Shown piece after piece: positions 9,767-18,842 of a stretch of DNA of 60,485 nt. Every line of letters starts with the position of its first letter. The stretch's first letter is position 1. The notes under the pieces were generated by a model. It did no database searches. It saw only the letters and a list, made by a program, of their open reading frames with translations, and had not been told where the DNA came from. The stretch comes from a virus (Duplodnaviria; Caudoviricetes): positions 1-60,485 of the IMG/VR virus record IMGVR_UViG_3300022074_004529. The stretch is one strand, 5' to 3'. Both the position numbers and the translations under genes were made by a program.

Positions 9767-10056
9767 TCTGGATCCTTAAAAAATTGCTCCAGCACTCCTT
9801 TGACTTCGTTCTGTACTTCTTCTTTAATAGCAGGATAATCTAATTGAATAGCGACATCTACAACGCCTTCATTTTCAAAGCGTCGTAGAATATCATGTTC
9901 GCTATTCAAATTTTGTAATTCAATGCCACTAATTTCAGTAACAGAACCGTCGGTAAAGGTGATTTTGACAGTATGTATGAAATCCATTGGAATCTTGTCC
10001 AATGTGATCTCATCAAATATTTTATCAAATGATCTGTCTTTGCGTTCAATAGGCAC
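9763..10056 (-). CDS. Hypothetical phage protein
   Basis: Acidic 97-aa ORF tiling the operon. Confidence 0.6.
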   Translation of the reverse strand: MPIERKDRSFDKIFDEITLDKIPMDFIHTVKITFTDGSVTEISGIELQNLNSEHDILRRFENEGVVDVAIQLDYPAIKEEVQNEVKGVLEQFFKDPE

Positions 10057-10058
10057 GA

Positions 10059-10700
10059 TTAGGCCTCGGCAGTTTCTTTTTTAGGACGTCCTCGCTTTGG
10101 GCGTAGGTCATCATTAAGGGCATAGGCTTCTTCACGAAGTCTTTTTGCTTCACCCTCAAAATATTCTGCTTGGCTAATCATTCCTTTTGCTACGTCATCA
10201 TCTCCTAGTACCCCATCAACCGGTGCGGTTGTTGGTGTTGGTGCTGGTGTTTCAGCTTCGATAGCTTCTGTTACAACTGGACTTGTATCTTTGCCTTGCA
10301 TATCTGCTTCAGCCATAAGTTCAGGTGCAACTACTGGCGCTCCGCCAGATTGTTCCCTAATGATATCGTTTAACTCAGAAAGTTTTACTTGTGATGTCTG
10401 ATTAGGTGTCATCATAATATTACTTGTGGCCACTTTCTGTAGCAGGTTACGAGCATTCATAGTCTGCAACATATTTGATCCGTCAGTAAACATAGTTCTC
10501 TGAGCGTACTCATAAAAATTAGGTGATGCCTGAGCACCAGGACTTTCGACAGCATTGATTACATCATCATGCATCCAATCCTGTAAAGCGTCTGTGTCTA
10601 CTACTAGACAATTACCTGGTTCATCTGGCACTTCTCGGAACACGACTACACAACGCCTTTGGGTGTTGATAATCTGTCCTACATGTTTGATATTTGCCAT
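10059..10700 (-). CDS. Hypothetical phage protein with basic AT-hook-like tail (KRGRPKK)
   Basis: SD GGAG upstream; low-complexity P/T/A linker, coiled coil, RGRP. Confidence 0.65.
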   Translation of the reverse strand: MANIKHVGQIINTQRRCVVVFREVPDEPGNCLVVDTDALQDWMHDDVINAVESPGAQASPNFYEYAQRTMFTDGSNMLQTMNARNLLQKVATSNIMMTPNQTSQVKLSELNDIIREQSGGAPVVAPELMAEADMQGKDTSPVVTEAIEAETPAPTPTTAPVDGVLGDDDVAKGMISQAEYFEGEAKRLREEAYALNDDLRPKRGRPKKETAEA

Positions 10701-10703
10701 ATC

Positions 10704-10982
10704 TTACTCCTTTGTCGCTGTTTCCTCAGTGGTTTCAGCTGGTGTTTCAGCAGGTGCTTCTGCATCTGATGCAGGCTCTGCTGGCGGTGGTGAGATCTTT
10801 TGAATCACATCCACTAATTTATTAAAGGCTTGACCTACGGTCTGTGCCTCGGCTCCTTTAAAGGCGCCTCTCTGTACTGCCAAATCAATGATATTGGCGG
10901 TTACGTTTAGATCTTGTAGTGTCAACGAGATTGGCTCTGGTTGTGCTACGTCTGTTTCTGGTGTTGAATTTTCTTCAGCCAT
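10704..10982 (-). CDS. Hypothetical phage protein with acidic low-complexity tail
   Basis: SD AAGGAG; IIDLAVQRGAFKG core. Confidence 0.65.
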   Translation of the reverse strand: MAEENSTPETDVAQPEPISLTLQDLNVTANIIDLAVQRGAFKGAEAQTVGQAFNKLVDVIQKISPPPAEPASDAEAPAETPAETTEETATKE

Positions 10983-11020
10983 TAGTTTCTCCTTGTGAGT
11001 TTATTAACTGCTAACATTAT

Positions 11021-11028
11021 TATTTATC
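11021..11028 (-). promoter_or_regulatory. T4-late-like promoter GATAAATA
   Basis: Near-match to TATAAATA about 40 nt upstream of the 10982 start. Confidence 0.45.
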
Positions 11029-11330
11029 TATTCGTTTTCGTGAGTATCAGATAACTTAGCCATAAGTAGGTTTTTCTCAAACCTATCTATATCCATGGGT
11101 AACTCAAACCATATTTGATATAGTTTGTCTGTATCAATACGTCTAATATGATACAATCCAGTAACACCTGTCATTAGTTTCGACCAATCGAGTTCAGTGC
11201 CACCGTTAGTGACCATAACCAGTCTTCGGTTACGCATCAAAGATAGAAGAAGGTCAGTGCCACTAATCAACTGTAGATCAGTTTCACTGAGGCTTCCGCT
11301 ATTATCTAAAATCTTTACATTTTTATTCAT
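11028..11330 (-). CDS. Hypothetical protein (start revised to MNKNVK)
   Basis: ATG at 11330 gives 8-nt overlap with the VWA gene instead of 119 nt. Confidence 0.55.
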   Translation of the reverse strand: MNKNVKILDNSGSLSETDLQLISGTDLLLSLMRNRRLVMVTNGGTELDWSKLMTGVTGLYHIRRIDTDKLYQIWFELPMDIDRFEKNLLMAKLSDTHENE

Positions 11331-12504
11331 AGTGTATGGTTGTGCCAAATGGGGCATGTATCCTCTTCTGAGGATCTCCGTGAATAACAAATAGTGTATC
11401 ACAATAGTCTGGATTACCCCAACTATTCCACGGATAACCATCTGTAAACATAATTAATTGATCAGGCTCAATACCTTCTTGTTCCATGTATTTCCATACA
11501 ATATCAAACTCAGTACCGCCTCCGCCTATTGGCTGGTATTCTCTAATGTCCTTGCCATCTTCACTGCTGAATGTTTCAACATTGTAGATGCCTGTATCAA
11601 AACAAAGTACAGTAATCTTGTAACTGTCATATTGTTGCATGATACCATATGTCTCACTAAGCATCTCCTTGGCAGTTTCATCACTAATACTACCTGACAT
11701 ATCTAGTGCAAGTAGAGCATGAAGCTCTTCATCTTTATTCATACCAGGAAATATAACTTCACCTGACCTTTTGCTAGGTCGCATAAATGTAAAGTCTGAC
11801 TTCAGTGAACTTTCCATCTGTACACGTAGCACATCTTTCCAGGACAACTTAGGCTCTGTAAGATCCTTGATCATCCTCTTAATGTCTGCAGGAACATCAT
11901 TACCTGCACTCTGTGCCGCCTGTAGTACAGCCTGTTTAATCTCGTCCTGCAACTCTTTACGTTCTTCAGCAGTCAAAGGCTTTGTAGGCATCTTAGGACC
12001 TTTGCCAGATTCATCGCCACCGTTACCTGTACCATCTTCTAAGTGTACATCCATACCAACCATTTGTTTATGACCTTCTTGTAGAAGCTGATCATAAATC
12101 TCATAACTGTTCATGCCTGCATACTTAGGATCATAACATGGCTTACCACCATTAAGTTTATCCTCACCAATAATCCTACCAATAGCAAGATCAACTAGTG
12201 TATAATTAATGTTGAAGTCACATGCTACATTATAAAGCATTGGTTCACGATCCTCACGTGATTCCATGTGATCATATACACAATGCAATACTTCGTGTCC
12301 TACAAGAAAATCTAGTTCTTCATCATCTAGTGCATCTACAAATTCACGATTGAAAAAGAAATGTCTACCGTCTGTGGCGGCAGTTGGCATACTTTCAACT
12401 TCTTGTATACGTAGGCGTGTAGCCAATGTACCAAAGAATGGCTTGTTCATAAGCAACCTTACACGACTCTGTGTAATTCTTGTTTCTGCGGTTGTTGCTA
12501 ACAT
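11323..12504 (-). CDS. DUF2201-type metallopeptidase (HExxH) plus VWA domain protein
   Basis: TAATDG, HEVLH, LDMSGS MIDAS, GGGGTEF, FTDGY. Confidence 0.85.
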   Translation of the reverse strand: MLATTAETRITQSRVRLLMNKPFFGTLATRLRIQEVESMPTAATDGRHFFFNREFVDALDDEELDFLVGHEVLHCVYDHMESREDREPMLYNVACDFNINYTLVDLAIGRIIGEDKLNGGKPCYDPKYAGMNSYEIYDQLLQEGHKQMVGMDVHLEDGTGNGGDESGKGPKMPTKPLTAEERKELQDEIKQAVLQAAQSAGNDVPADIKRMIKDLTEPKLSWKDVLRVQMESSLKSDFTFMRPSKRSGEVIFPGMNKDEELHALLALDMSGSISDETAKEMLSETYGIMQQYDSYKITVLCFDTGIYNVETFSSEDGKDIREYQPIGGGGTEFDIVWKYMEQEGIEPDQLIMFTDGYPWNSWGNPDYCDTLFVIHGDPQKRIHAPFGTTIHYE

Positions 12505-12531
12505 CTAAAACTCCTGCTTTATTATATCTTT

Positions 12532-12560
12532 ATTATACGACATATTTACTGTATTGTCAA
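12532..12560 (-). promoter_or_regulatory. sigma70-type promoter TTGACA-N17-TATAAT
   Basis: Perfect consensus upstream of the VWA gene. Confidence 0.8.
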
Positions 12561-12833
12561 CTTAAAAAGCATAGCCTGCTCTGGATATTTAAACAAAAAA
12601 TTGTGACTATCATCTGGCATTGCATGTTTAATATAATCCCAATCTTGTAAATAAAGATTCTGTTTACACCAGGCTTGTGCTTTATTAAAATTACCTCTAA
12701 CGTTGACTACTTCTGCGTTTGGTTTCCATTGGGCTTTGTATTCAAATACATCTGCTGGTATCCAATCTTTACAATCCAAACCATATAGTCTAATATTTAC
12801 CCTAGTTCGTGGCGGATAGAGGGAGAGGTCCAC
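12546..12833 (-). CDS. Hypothetical phage protein (start revised to GTG 12833)
   Basis: SD AGGAGG precedes GTG; WCKQN...F.F...EQAMLFKL C-terminus typical of small phage proteins. Confidence 0.5.
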   Translation of the reverse strand: MDLSLYPPRTRVNIRLYGLDCKDWIPADVFEYKAQWKPNAEVVNVRGNFNKAQAWCKQNLYLQDWDYIKHAMPDDSHNFLFKYPEQAMLFKLTIQ

Positions 12834-12845
12834 ACTCTCTCCCTC
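12819..12845 (-). promoter_or_regulatory. 9-bp stem hairpin covering the SD/GTG of the downstream gene
   Basis: gagggagag / ctctccctc arms just after the AAA stop codon. Confidence 0.5.
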
Positions 12846-12852
12846 CTTCAGC

Positions 12853-13962
12853 TTAGGAGTCAAGTACGAGTCTACCATACCTACCAAAGTACTCCTCAAA
12901 TCGCTCTATCTTATCCTGCTTAGGAACCAACTTGTAGTTCTTCATTGCAATCCTGGATGCCATAACTGTCATCTCTGTCTCAAAATTATCTAGCATAAAG
13001 CTGATAAAGTTTGAGAAACCTTTGTGGAACTTATCAAGTGACTTGCTCTTCTCACCTGCAATATAAGTCTCCTTAAGCTCATAACATAAGTTAGTAGCCA
13101 ATGAGTACATTGCAGATATTTCCTTGTTAGTACAAGTCTTAACCTTACCTGACAAAATGTCAGTAGGGTTAGGCATATCCTGTGCAACTTTCCTGTGAGC
13201 CGCAAACTTAATTGCAATACCTTCACCAACACAACCTGCAACCAAATCTACAAGCTCGCTTTCAGTGATATCATCCTCACCTTCAAGCAATTCACTTGTA
13301 AAAGTCCAGGACCTAGGAGTAGCAAAACCTCGTGAGCTAGAGCTAGGATCAAAGTTATACAAGTCGCTCTTAGCGAATGACAAGTAACCAACGATATCTG
13401 GGTTGATGTTGTTATCAACTGCCCAATCCAACCAATCTGAGAACTCAACACGTAGTTCAAAGTGTACGAAACGATTCTCAAGTGGCTTAGGCATTCTGTA
13501 AGTAACACCTTTGTCAGTCTCCCTGTTACCTGCGGCAACTACAACCACATTATCAGGCAGTACATACTGACCAATTCGTCTGTTAAGAACAAGCTGATAA
13601 GCCGCCGCCTGCACACTAGGTGCGGCAGAGTTCAACTCGTCTAGGAAAAGTATAATAGTATCATACTTTGCGGCCATCTCAGCAGTAGGAAGATCTGCAG
13701 GAGGAAGCCATTTCATAACACCTGATGCAACATCAGGAACAGGGTAACCTCGCAAATCTGTAGGCTCAAACAATGCAAGACGCATATCAATTACAAACGA
13801 ATTGCCTAGCGAACCAGAATCGCCAATGCTCTGGATGAGCTCTGACTTACCGATACCTGGAGGACCCCATAAAAATACGGGTCTTTTCTTCTTTAGTACT
13901 CTAGTGATATGCTTTTTAGCTTCACTAATTTTAATAGTACGAACTTCAGTAACTGTGGACAT
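12853..13962 (-). CDS. MoxR-like AAA+ ATPase
   Basis: Walker A GPPGIGKS, Walker B LFLDE, AAGN sensor, NRF arginine finger, TPRSW. Confidence 0.9.
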   Translation of the reverse strand: MSTVTEVRTIKISEAKKHITRVLKKKRPVFLWGPPGIGKSELIQSIGDSGSLGNSFVIDMRLALFEPTDLRGYPVPDVASGVMKWLPPADLPTAEMAAKYDTIILFLDELNSAAPSVQAAAYQLVLNRRIGQYVLPDNVVVVAAGNRETDKGVTYRMPKPLENRFVHFELRVEFSDWLDWAVDNNINPDIVGYLSFAKSDLYNFDPSSSSRGFATPRSWTFTSELLEGEDDITESELVDLVAGCVGEGIAIKFAAHRKVAQDMPNPTDILSGKVKTCTNKEISAMYSLATNLCYELKETYIAGEKSKSLDKFHKGFSNFISFMLDNFETEMTVMASRIAMKNYKLVPKQDKIERFEEYFGRYGRLVLDS

Positions 13963-13995
13963 AAGTAAACTCCTATTTTTTTAACTTACTCTTAT

Positions 13996-14024
13996 ACAAT
14001 ACAGTAAGAACTCTTACTTGTCAA
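13996..14024 (-). promoter_or_regulatory. sigma70-type promoter TTGACA-N17-TATTGT with palindrome in spacer
   Basis: Spacer contains agtaaga-ac-tcttact (14003-14018). Confidence 0.65.
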
Positions 14025-14914
14025 CCTATTTGTTGCATTTTTTTCAGATTATTTTCAACATATTTTTGTACTGTTTTAGTACCCCAATGCCAACCGTCTC
14101 TACCAGTATCCAACTGCTCATTATCCCAACAGATATATGGTGTGTCTTCTCCAGTAAACTTCTGAATCTGTGCAAATATTTCATTTTGTGATTTATTTTG
14201 TCCAGCAAACTTAGGTAGGAAGTTATGTATTAACTTTGTTTGCCCTTTTGGTTCGTCCCATAAGGTTCTGAATGTTTTAACAAAACCATCCATTGCACTC
14301 TGTTCTTGATTCTTAAATATAGTATCGCGAACTTCCTGTGCTAATGTTCTATACTTACGTTTATAACGCCATATATAACCCCAATGAATGATAAGCCATT
14401 CAGGACCTATCTCTCTTATAATTTTTAATGCAATACGCCTACGCCAATTAGGATTTGTACCATCTAAACTGATATCTATTACACGTTTGCCTGTTGCTTG
14501 TTCTATTGCTTTCTTATAGCATTCATGATATGCTATGCCCATACCCATAGTAAAACTATCACCAATAAGCCATATACTATCCTGCATTTCTGCTAATGTA
14601 TTAGGCCAGTCCTCATCTCTGAATCCTCTACTGTTGAAAGCATAACTAATCCTGTCACCTGTTGGCCAGTTAGCAAATGTTTCCTTGTCTGCTTTACAGT
14701 ACCTTGGATTGTCTAATCCGTGATATGGTATCTCTCTGCTTTTACGTTTCTCAACCCATAAATGTTCCATTATATCTGGTGTACATTTTACTTCATCTAT
14801 ATAGGTTTTCCAACCACTGCCATCTCTTTTAATGTAATTACCACGTTCATCAGCAAATACATCTACCCAGCCGCCGCCTATTTCCCATTTTGTTTTATCG
14901 TGATTATAACTCAT
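14021..14914 (-). CDS. SGNH/GDSL-fold-like protein
   Basis: FNSRGFRD, IGDSFTMG, RDGWHWG; paralogue of 5648..6457. Confidence 0.55.
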   Translation of the reverse strand: MSYNHDKTKWEIGGGWVDVFADERGNYIKRDGSGWKTYIDEVKCTPDIMEHLWVEKRKSREIPYHGLDNPRYCKADKETFANWPTGDRISYAFNSRGFRDEDWPNTLAEMQDSIWLIGDSFTMGMGIAYHECYKKAIEQATGKRVIDISLDGTNPNWRRRIALKIIREIGPEWLIIHWGYIWRYKRKYRTLAQEVRDTIFKNQEQSAMDGFVKTFRTLWDEPKGQTKLIHNFLPKFAGQNKSQNEIFAQIQKFTGEDTPYICWDNEQLDTGRDGWHWGTKTVQKYVENNLKKMQQIG

Positions 14915-16085
14915 TCCAACTCATCTTATATATTTTATCTAGGTAATCCAAGTGCTTTATCTGTTCTTTACGTTGTTCACCAAGGTTAGTAAGTTCCCCC
15001 ACTTTCCATGTTGTTTCCAGAAACTCTTTAATCTTTTGTAAAGCCTGTGTACCTCGCTTTACTTTCCACTCTTCTTCGTATTTAAGTTCGTTTGTAGCCT
15101 CTATAATTTGATTCATAGCATGTAGTTTCTGTTGATCACTCATGTATGCAATAGTCATAGGGTGTGGTGGATCCACAAATGCCACATGAATCTGTAAATT
15201 ATTTTCAACCATGTAACGTACAAGTCCAACTAAATCTAGCATGGTAAGAAAGTTTACTGTAATTATACCAACAACCTCGTGTTTATCTTTAAGATACTTT
15301 AGGTTGTGATCCATTCTATTCCAATTACCACCAAACCTAAAGTATTCATAATAACGTTGTGATGTATCAATGCTTACGAAAAACTTTACATGTTTAAACT
15401 GTGCCCAGTCCATTGCATATGTTGATATTCTATCATGGTTAAGATTCGTATGATAACGAAGTTCTATTTCCTTTTTATTAGAAATACCTTTTAGCCACTC
15501 TTTATGTGAGCTTGCATATATTAATGGCTCACCACCTGTAAAGTGTACAGTCTTTAGGTTCTCTGCTTTGTGGTAAAATGTTTTAAGATAATCTGGATCG
15601 TCTATTAAGTGATACTTGAATTGATCCTTAGGTAGGCGTTTAAGTTTTAGCCATCTGCTACTGCTATGTTCATCACAGTGTCCACATGCTAGGTTGCATA
15701 GGCTGTGTGGACGAACTTCCATAGTATGTATATTTTCTATTCCACCAAACTGTGGCTTACGTTTTATATCATCTATGAAGTCTAAATTGTCTGCTAGTTC
15801 TAATAAATGTTCGTTGTACTCTTGTCGTGTGGATCTTGTGCCATTGCTTTCCCTCTCCTTGCATTGGCGACAATTTTCTGGAAACACACCTTTCCAGAGA
15901 TCCATTCTAACTTTTTGGATATTATAAGAGTTATAAGTTTCAGTAACATTATATTCCTTCCAATGCCCTTGTGGCTCTTTACTTCTATAACAAGGATACC
16001 AAGTTCCATCCTGGTCTAAATCTAAATTAGTATATGGTGCAAAGCAAAATGTATCTGGCAATCCTAACTTTTTAAGGTTTTCCAT
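14904..16085 (-). CDS. Radical SAM protein with N-terminal SPASM/twitch domain
   Basis: FCFAPY, PCY, CRQC, CNLACGHC, FTGGEP. Confidence 0.9.
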   Translation of the reverse strand: MENLKKLGLPDTFCFAPYTNLDLDQDGTWYPCYRSKEPQGHWKEYNVTETYNSYNIQKVRMDLWKGVFPENCRQCKERESNGTRSTRQEYNEHLLELADNLDFIDDIKRKPQFGGIENIHTMEVRPHSLCNLACGHCDEHSSSRWLKLKRLPKDQFKYHLIDDPDYLKTFYHKAENLKTVHFTGGEPLIYASSHKEWLKGISNKKEIELRYHTNLNHDRISTYAMDWAQFKHVKFFVSIDTSQRYYEYFRFGGNWNRMDHNLKYLKDKHEVVGIITVNFLTMLDLVGLVRYMVENNLQIHVAFVDPPHPMTIAYMSDQQKLHAMNQIIEATNELKYEEEWKVKRGTQALQKIKEFLETTWKVGELTNLGEQRKEQIKHLDYLDKIYKMSWNEL

Positions 16086-16377
16086 CTATCCATCCTTTTG
16101 CGCCTGCCATCTTAGCCATAAAAGCATCTCGTTCCGTAAATAGAACAATCATCTTTTTATCGATGAAGTATGGATATGTCATTTTTCTTTGTAATGCTAT
16201 TTGATCTCCAGCCTTTAGTCCATGTTCTTCAAACGCCCAGTTGTCATATTTACGCATCATCTTATTCCTACCCTTACGTGTAAGTCGTAGACTTTGCTGG
16301 TTTTGGAATATTTCCTTAAACCTATCTGCTGGTGTGTTTAATTTTTCAAGAACCTTTTCTTGGATTTCTTTTATCAT
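16072..16377 (-). CDS. Hypothetical phage protein
   Basis: SLRLT..G, MTYPYFI; tiles operon. Confidence 0.6.
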   Translation of the reverse strand: MIKEIQEKVLEKLNTPADRFKEIFQNQQSLRLTRKGRNKMMRKYDNWAFEEHGLKAGDQIALQRKMTYPYFIDKKMIVLFTERDAFMAKMAGAKGWIDGKP

Positions 16378-16660
16378 CTCTTGTTACTATCTCACCTTGC
16401 ATAAGTTTTACAACAGTAAATTTATGTGTTTGAAACATTTGGTTTAGTCTATCGCATAAGTTGAAAGCATGTCCTGAATTACTAAAGGATACTTTCTTAT
16501 ACTTTGGTCCTGGATAGTTTACAAGTGTATTAAGTGTTCTGATGTTAATGGGCTTGCCTTCGTAGAACACTGCATAAATGGCATCCGCCTCTAAAATTTG
16601 TTCGCTATTGTATTTCTTGTCTACGTAGTCTATTATTATATTGGGTTTAGGCCTTGCCAT
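16346..16660 (-). CDS. Hypothetical phage protein
   Basis: SD AAGGAG; MARPKP, YPGPKYKKVSFSNSGHAFNL. Confidence 0.7.
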   Translation of the reverse strand: MARPKPNIIIDYVDKKYNSEQILEADAIYAVFYEGKPINIRTLNTLVNYPGPKYKKVSFSNSGHAFNLCDRLNQMFQTHKFTVVKLMQGEIVTRDDKRNPRKGS

Positions 16661-16664
16661 CTGC

Positions 16665-16702
16665 TTCTCCTTATTATGTTAGTATTTATTAAAAAAGGAG
16701 AA
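16665..16702 (-). promoter_or_regulatory. SD-sequestering hairpin with late-like promoter AATAAATA (16683-16690) in the loop
   Basis: ttctcctt / aaggagaa 8-bp arms; 3' arm is the SD of 16346..16660. Confidence 0.6.
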
Positions 16703-16714
16703 TTATGTGTAGTT

Positions 16715-17029
16715 TTAATCGTATTCTGCGAATCCACTGCCATCATCTATTGTGTAATAAGGATTGTTAAAGTTAGGATCGTCCATGCCATCAACTGCAT
16801 TTACTTCTGGCACATAATGTTTTAGCATGTTTTCCACACCCATTTTAAGTGTAATTGTACTACTAGCACAACCACTGCAACTACCCTGCAACAACACAAG
16901 CACACGACCTGACTCCATATCAAAGTCTTCAAGACGTATAAAACCACCATGTTGTTGAACTGCTGGCTGTACGTATTCGTCTATGATGTGATTGATTTGT
17001 TCTATGATTTCTTCTTTGGTTCTATCCAT
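16715..17029 (-). CDS. nifU: NifU C-terminal / NfuA-like Fe-S scaffold
   Basis: VQPAVQQHGG, LQGSCSGCASSTITLKMGVENMLKHYVPEV. Confidence 0.9.
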   Translation of the reverse strand: MDRTKEEIIEQINHIIDEYVQPAVQQHGGFIRLEDFDMESGRVLVLLQGSCSGCASSTITLKMGVENMLKHYVPEVNAVDGMDDPNFNNPYYTIDDGSGFAEYD

Positions 17030-17037
17030 ATTGCTAT

Positions 17038-18144
17038 TTACCTTAAGGGCACCTTCTTTACTAGTTCTAGTTCTAATAATTGGTAATCTATTTCAACCAA
17101 TTTACATTCACGTAGGGCCTTAATAAGAACAACACTACTTGGTTTCTTGTTAATAATTGCTTTTGCTATACTAGCAATACCCCACACTTCTTCACCGTCG
17201 ATATCAATTATGATATCTTCATTCTTAAGTCCCATCATTTGTGAATGCTTTGCATCACCTGGAACTTTTACATAGGCATAACTACGTTTCTTTTTGTCAC
17301 CATCATTACATTCTGTATCTTGTTTCTGGACTTGTTCTATAGTAGGAGTGTAAGTTTCAAAATCTATACGACTAAACTTTACATATCCATATTTAAGAAT
17401 ACTATCTACTCCATACTTTGCCTGCCATGCTGGAATCGCAAATGCTACACCGTCCCAGGCCGCTATACCACTTCTATTACTGCTTGGAGATATAATCATA
17501 CTATTGACTGCAACTACTTCACCTTTATCATTCCACACTGGCCCTCCACTATTTCCTACATTAATAATAGCAGAGTGTTGCATTAAGAAGTTAAGAGGTT
17601 TGGCAGTCCATCTATCAGTACCAGATATAATGCCTTTTGTTAAAGTATAAGGTTGACTTAGTCCATGCCCTAGTGTGGTTACTGGTGTACCTTCCAGGTT
17701 ATTCTTGTCAAGGTTCCAAGCGAGCTCAGCCCATGTTTCACCGTCATGTGGTTTTATTCTTAGAACTGCAATGTCTAACGTTTTGTCAGCACCAATTACC
17801 TCAGCCTCATATGGCCAAGGGCGGTTAATCATATATAAACTTATTTTTGTGATATCAGGTCTTAAGAGATGTTTTTCAATTACATGTTCATTAGTAACAA
17901 TAATTGCAGAGCCATCTTCTTCTACCTTGTACGTAAATCCTGTACCATGCCCAACAAGACCTAATTTGGCTGGCAGTCTGTCATCTTCACGTATTGGCTC
18001 TGTTGACACCATAAAGGTGTTAACCATATACTTTGTAAGTATATCATCATCTTTAGTAGTATTATAATGTATTCCCCATCCGATAGCGATCAGTAAACTA
18101 ACCAGTACCAGGGGTAAGAATACTGGCTTCAGTTTTGCCATCAA
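17038..18144 (-). CDS. degP: HtrA/DegP-family trypsin-like serine protease with PDZ domain and N-terminal membrane anchor
   Basis: GTGF, VTNEH (His), DIAVL (Asp), INVGNSGGP (Ser), PDZ GLKNEDIIIDIDG. Confidence 0.85.
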   Translation of the reverse strand: MMAKLKPVFLPLVLVSLLIAIGWGIHYNTTKDDDILTKYMVNTFMVSTEPIREDDRLPAKLGLVGHGTGFTYKVEEDGSAIIVTNEHVIEKHLLRPDITKISLYMINRPWPYEAEVIGADKTLDIAVLRIKPHDGETWAELAWNLDKNNLEGTPVTTLGHGLSQPYTLTKGIISGTDRWTAKPLNFLMQHSAIINVGNSGGPVWNDKGEVVAVNSMIISPSSNRSGIAAWDGVAFAIPAWQAKYGVDSILKYGYVKFSRIDFETYTPTIEQVQKQDTECNDGDKKKRSYAYVKVPGDAKHSQMMGLKNEDIIIDIDGEEVWGIASIAKAIINKKPSSVVLIKALRECKLVEIDYQLLELELVKKVPLR

Positions 18145-18607
18145 TGTTACCTCTCTTGTACTTTTTTAACTCAAGATTCATTTCCCACTCAGTTAAAAAA
18201 GGACCTCTATACTGGTATTTATCCACTGTGGCGAGTCTCGGAGCAAACGCCCATTGCCAGCCCATACCATCAAACTTAACAATATAGTAGCCTGCGACAA
18301 ACACTTGTTTTGCTGTCTTTGTCTTTGTAAATGCGGGTAAAGTATTATGATCCACGGCTACTGGTTCAGATACACCTGTAGGATACCCATTTATTAATGC
18401 ATTGTCCTCTTTAACTTCTCCCCGTTCAAGCACATTGAATTCATCCATGCTATCAAATGTACTTGTTGTATTCGTTCTGCTATCAAAGAATTCATAGCCA
18501 GCATCAGTTGCTCTCAGAGTGCCAACCTTACGACCATCACTACTGTTTACAATCCAATACTTATTTGCTATGACTTCGTTTGCTTTAAGCATCTGCAGAC
18601 ATTTCAA
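18098..18607 (-). CDS. Hypothetical phage protein
   Basis: KYWIV, AGYYIVKF, YQYRGPF. Confidence 0.6.
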   Translation of the reverse strand: MKCLQMLKANEVIANKYWIVNSSDGRKVGTLRATDAGYEFFDSRTNTTSTFDSMDEFNVLERGEVKEDNALINGYPTGVSEPVAVDHNTLPAFTKTKTAKQVFVAGYYIVKFDGMGWQWAFAPRLATVDKYQYRGPFLTEWEMNLELKKYKRGNIDGKTEASILTPGTG

Positions 18608-18842
18608 TAACGTTTGCTACCCTGAAACTACGCCAGCCTTTAGCATTGGTATCCCATACACTTACGACTTCAGGGTTAATCTCCCTAACTTTCTTTTGTG
18701 TAAGTGGATCATCTTTCTTTGCTGGTGGTAGGAAACTTTCCTGCAATGTGCATGTCATAAGTCTTTTGTCACCATTTACTTTGGTAAACTCTACTTTACA
18801 TACGTTGTCTTTAAGCATTTCTACTATTTCGTCTCTGTTCAT
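18585..18842 (-). CDS. Small SH3/WYL-like beta-barrel phage protein
   Basis: VEFTKVNGDKRLMTCT...WRSFR pattern common in T4-like phages. Confidence 0.7.
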   Translation of the reverse strand: MNRDEIVEMLKDNVCKVEFTKVNGDKRLMTCTLQESFLPPAKKDDPLTQKKVREINPEVVSVWDTNAKGWRSFRVANVIEMSADA

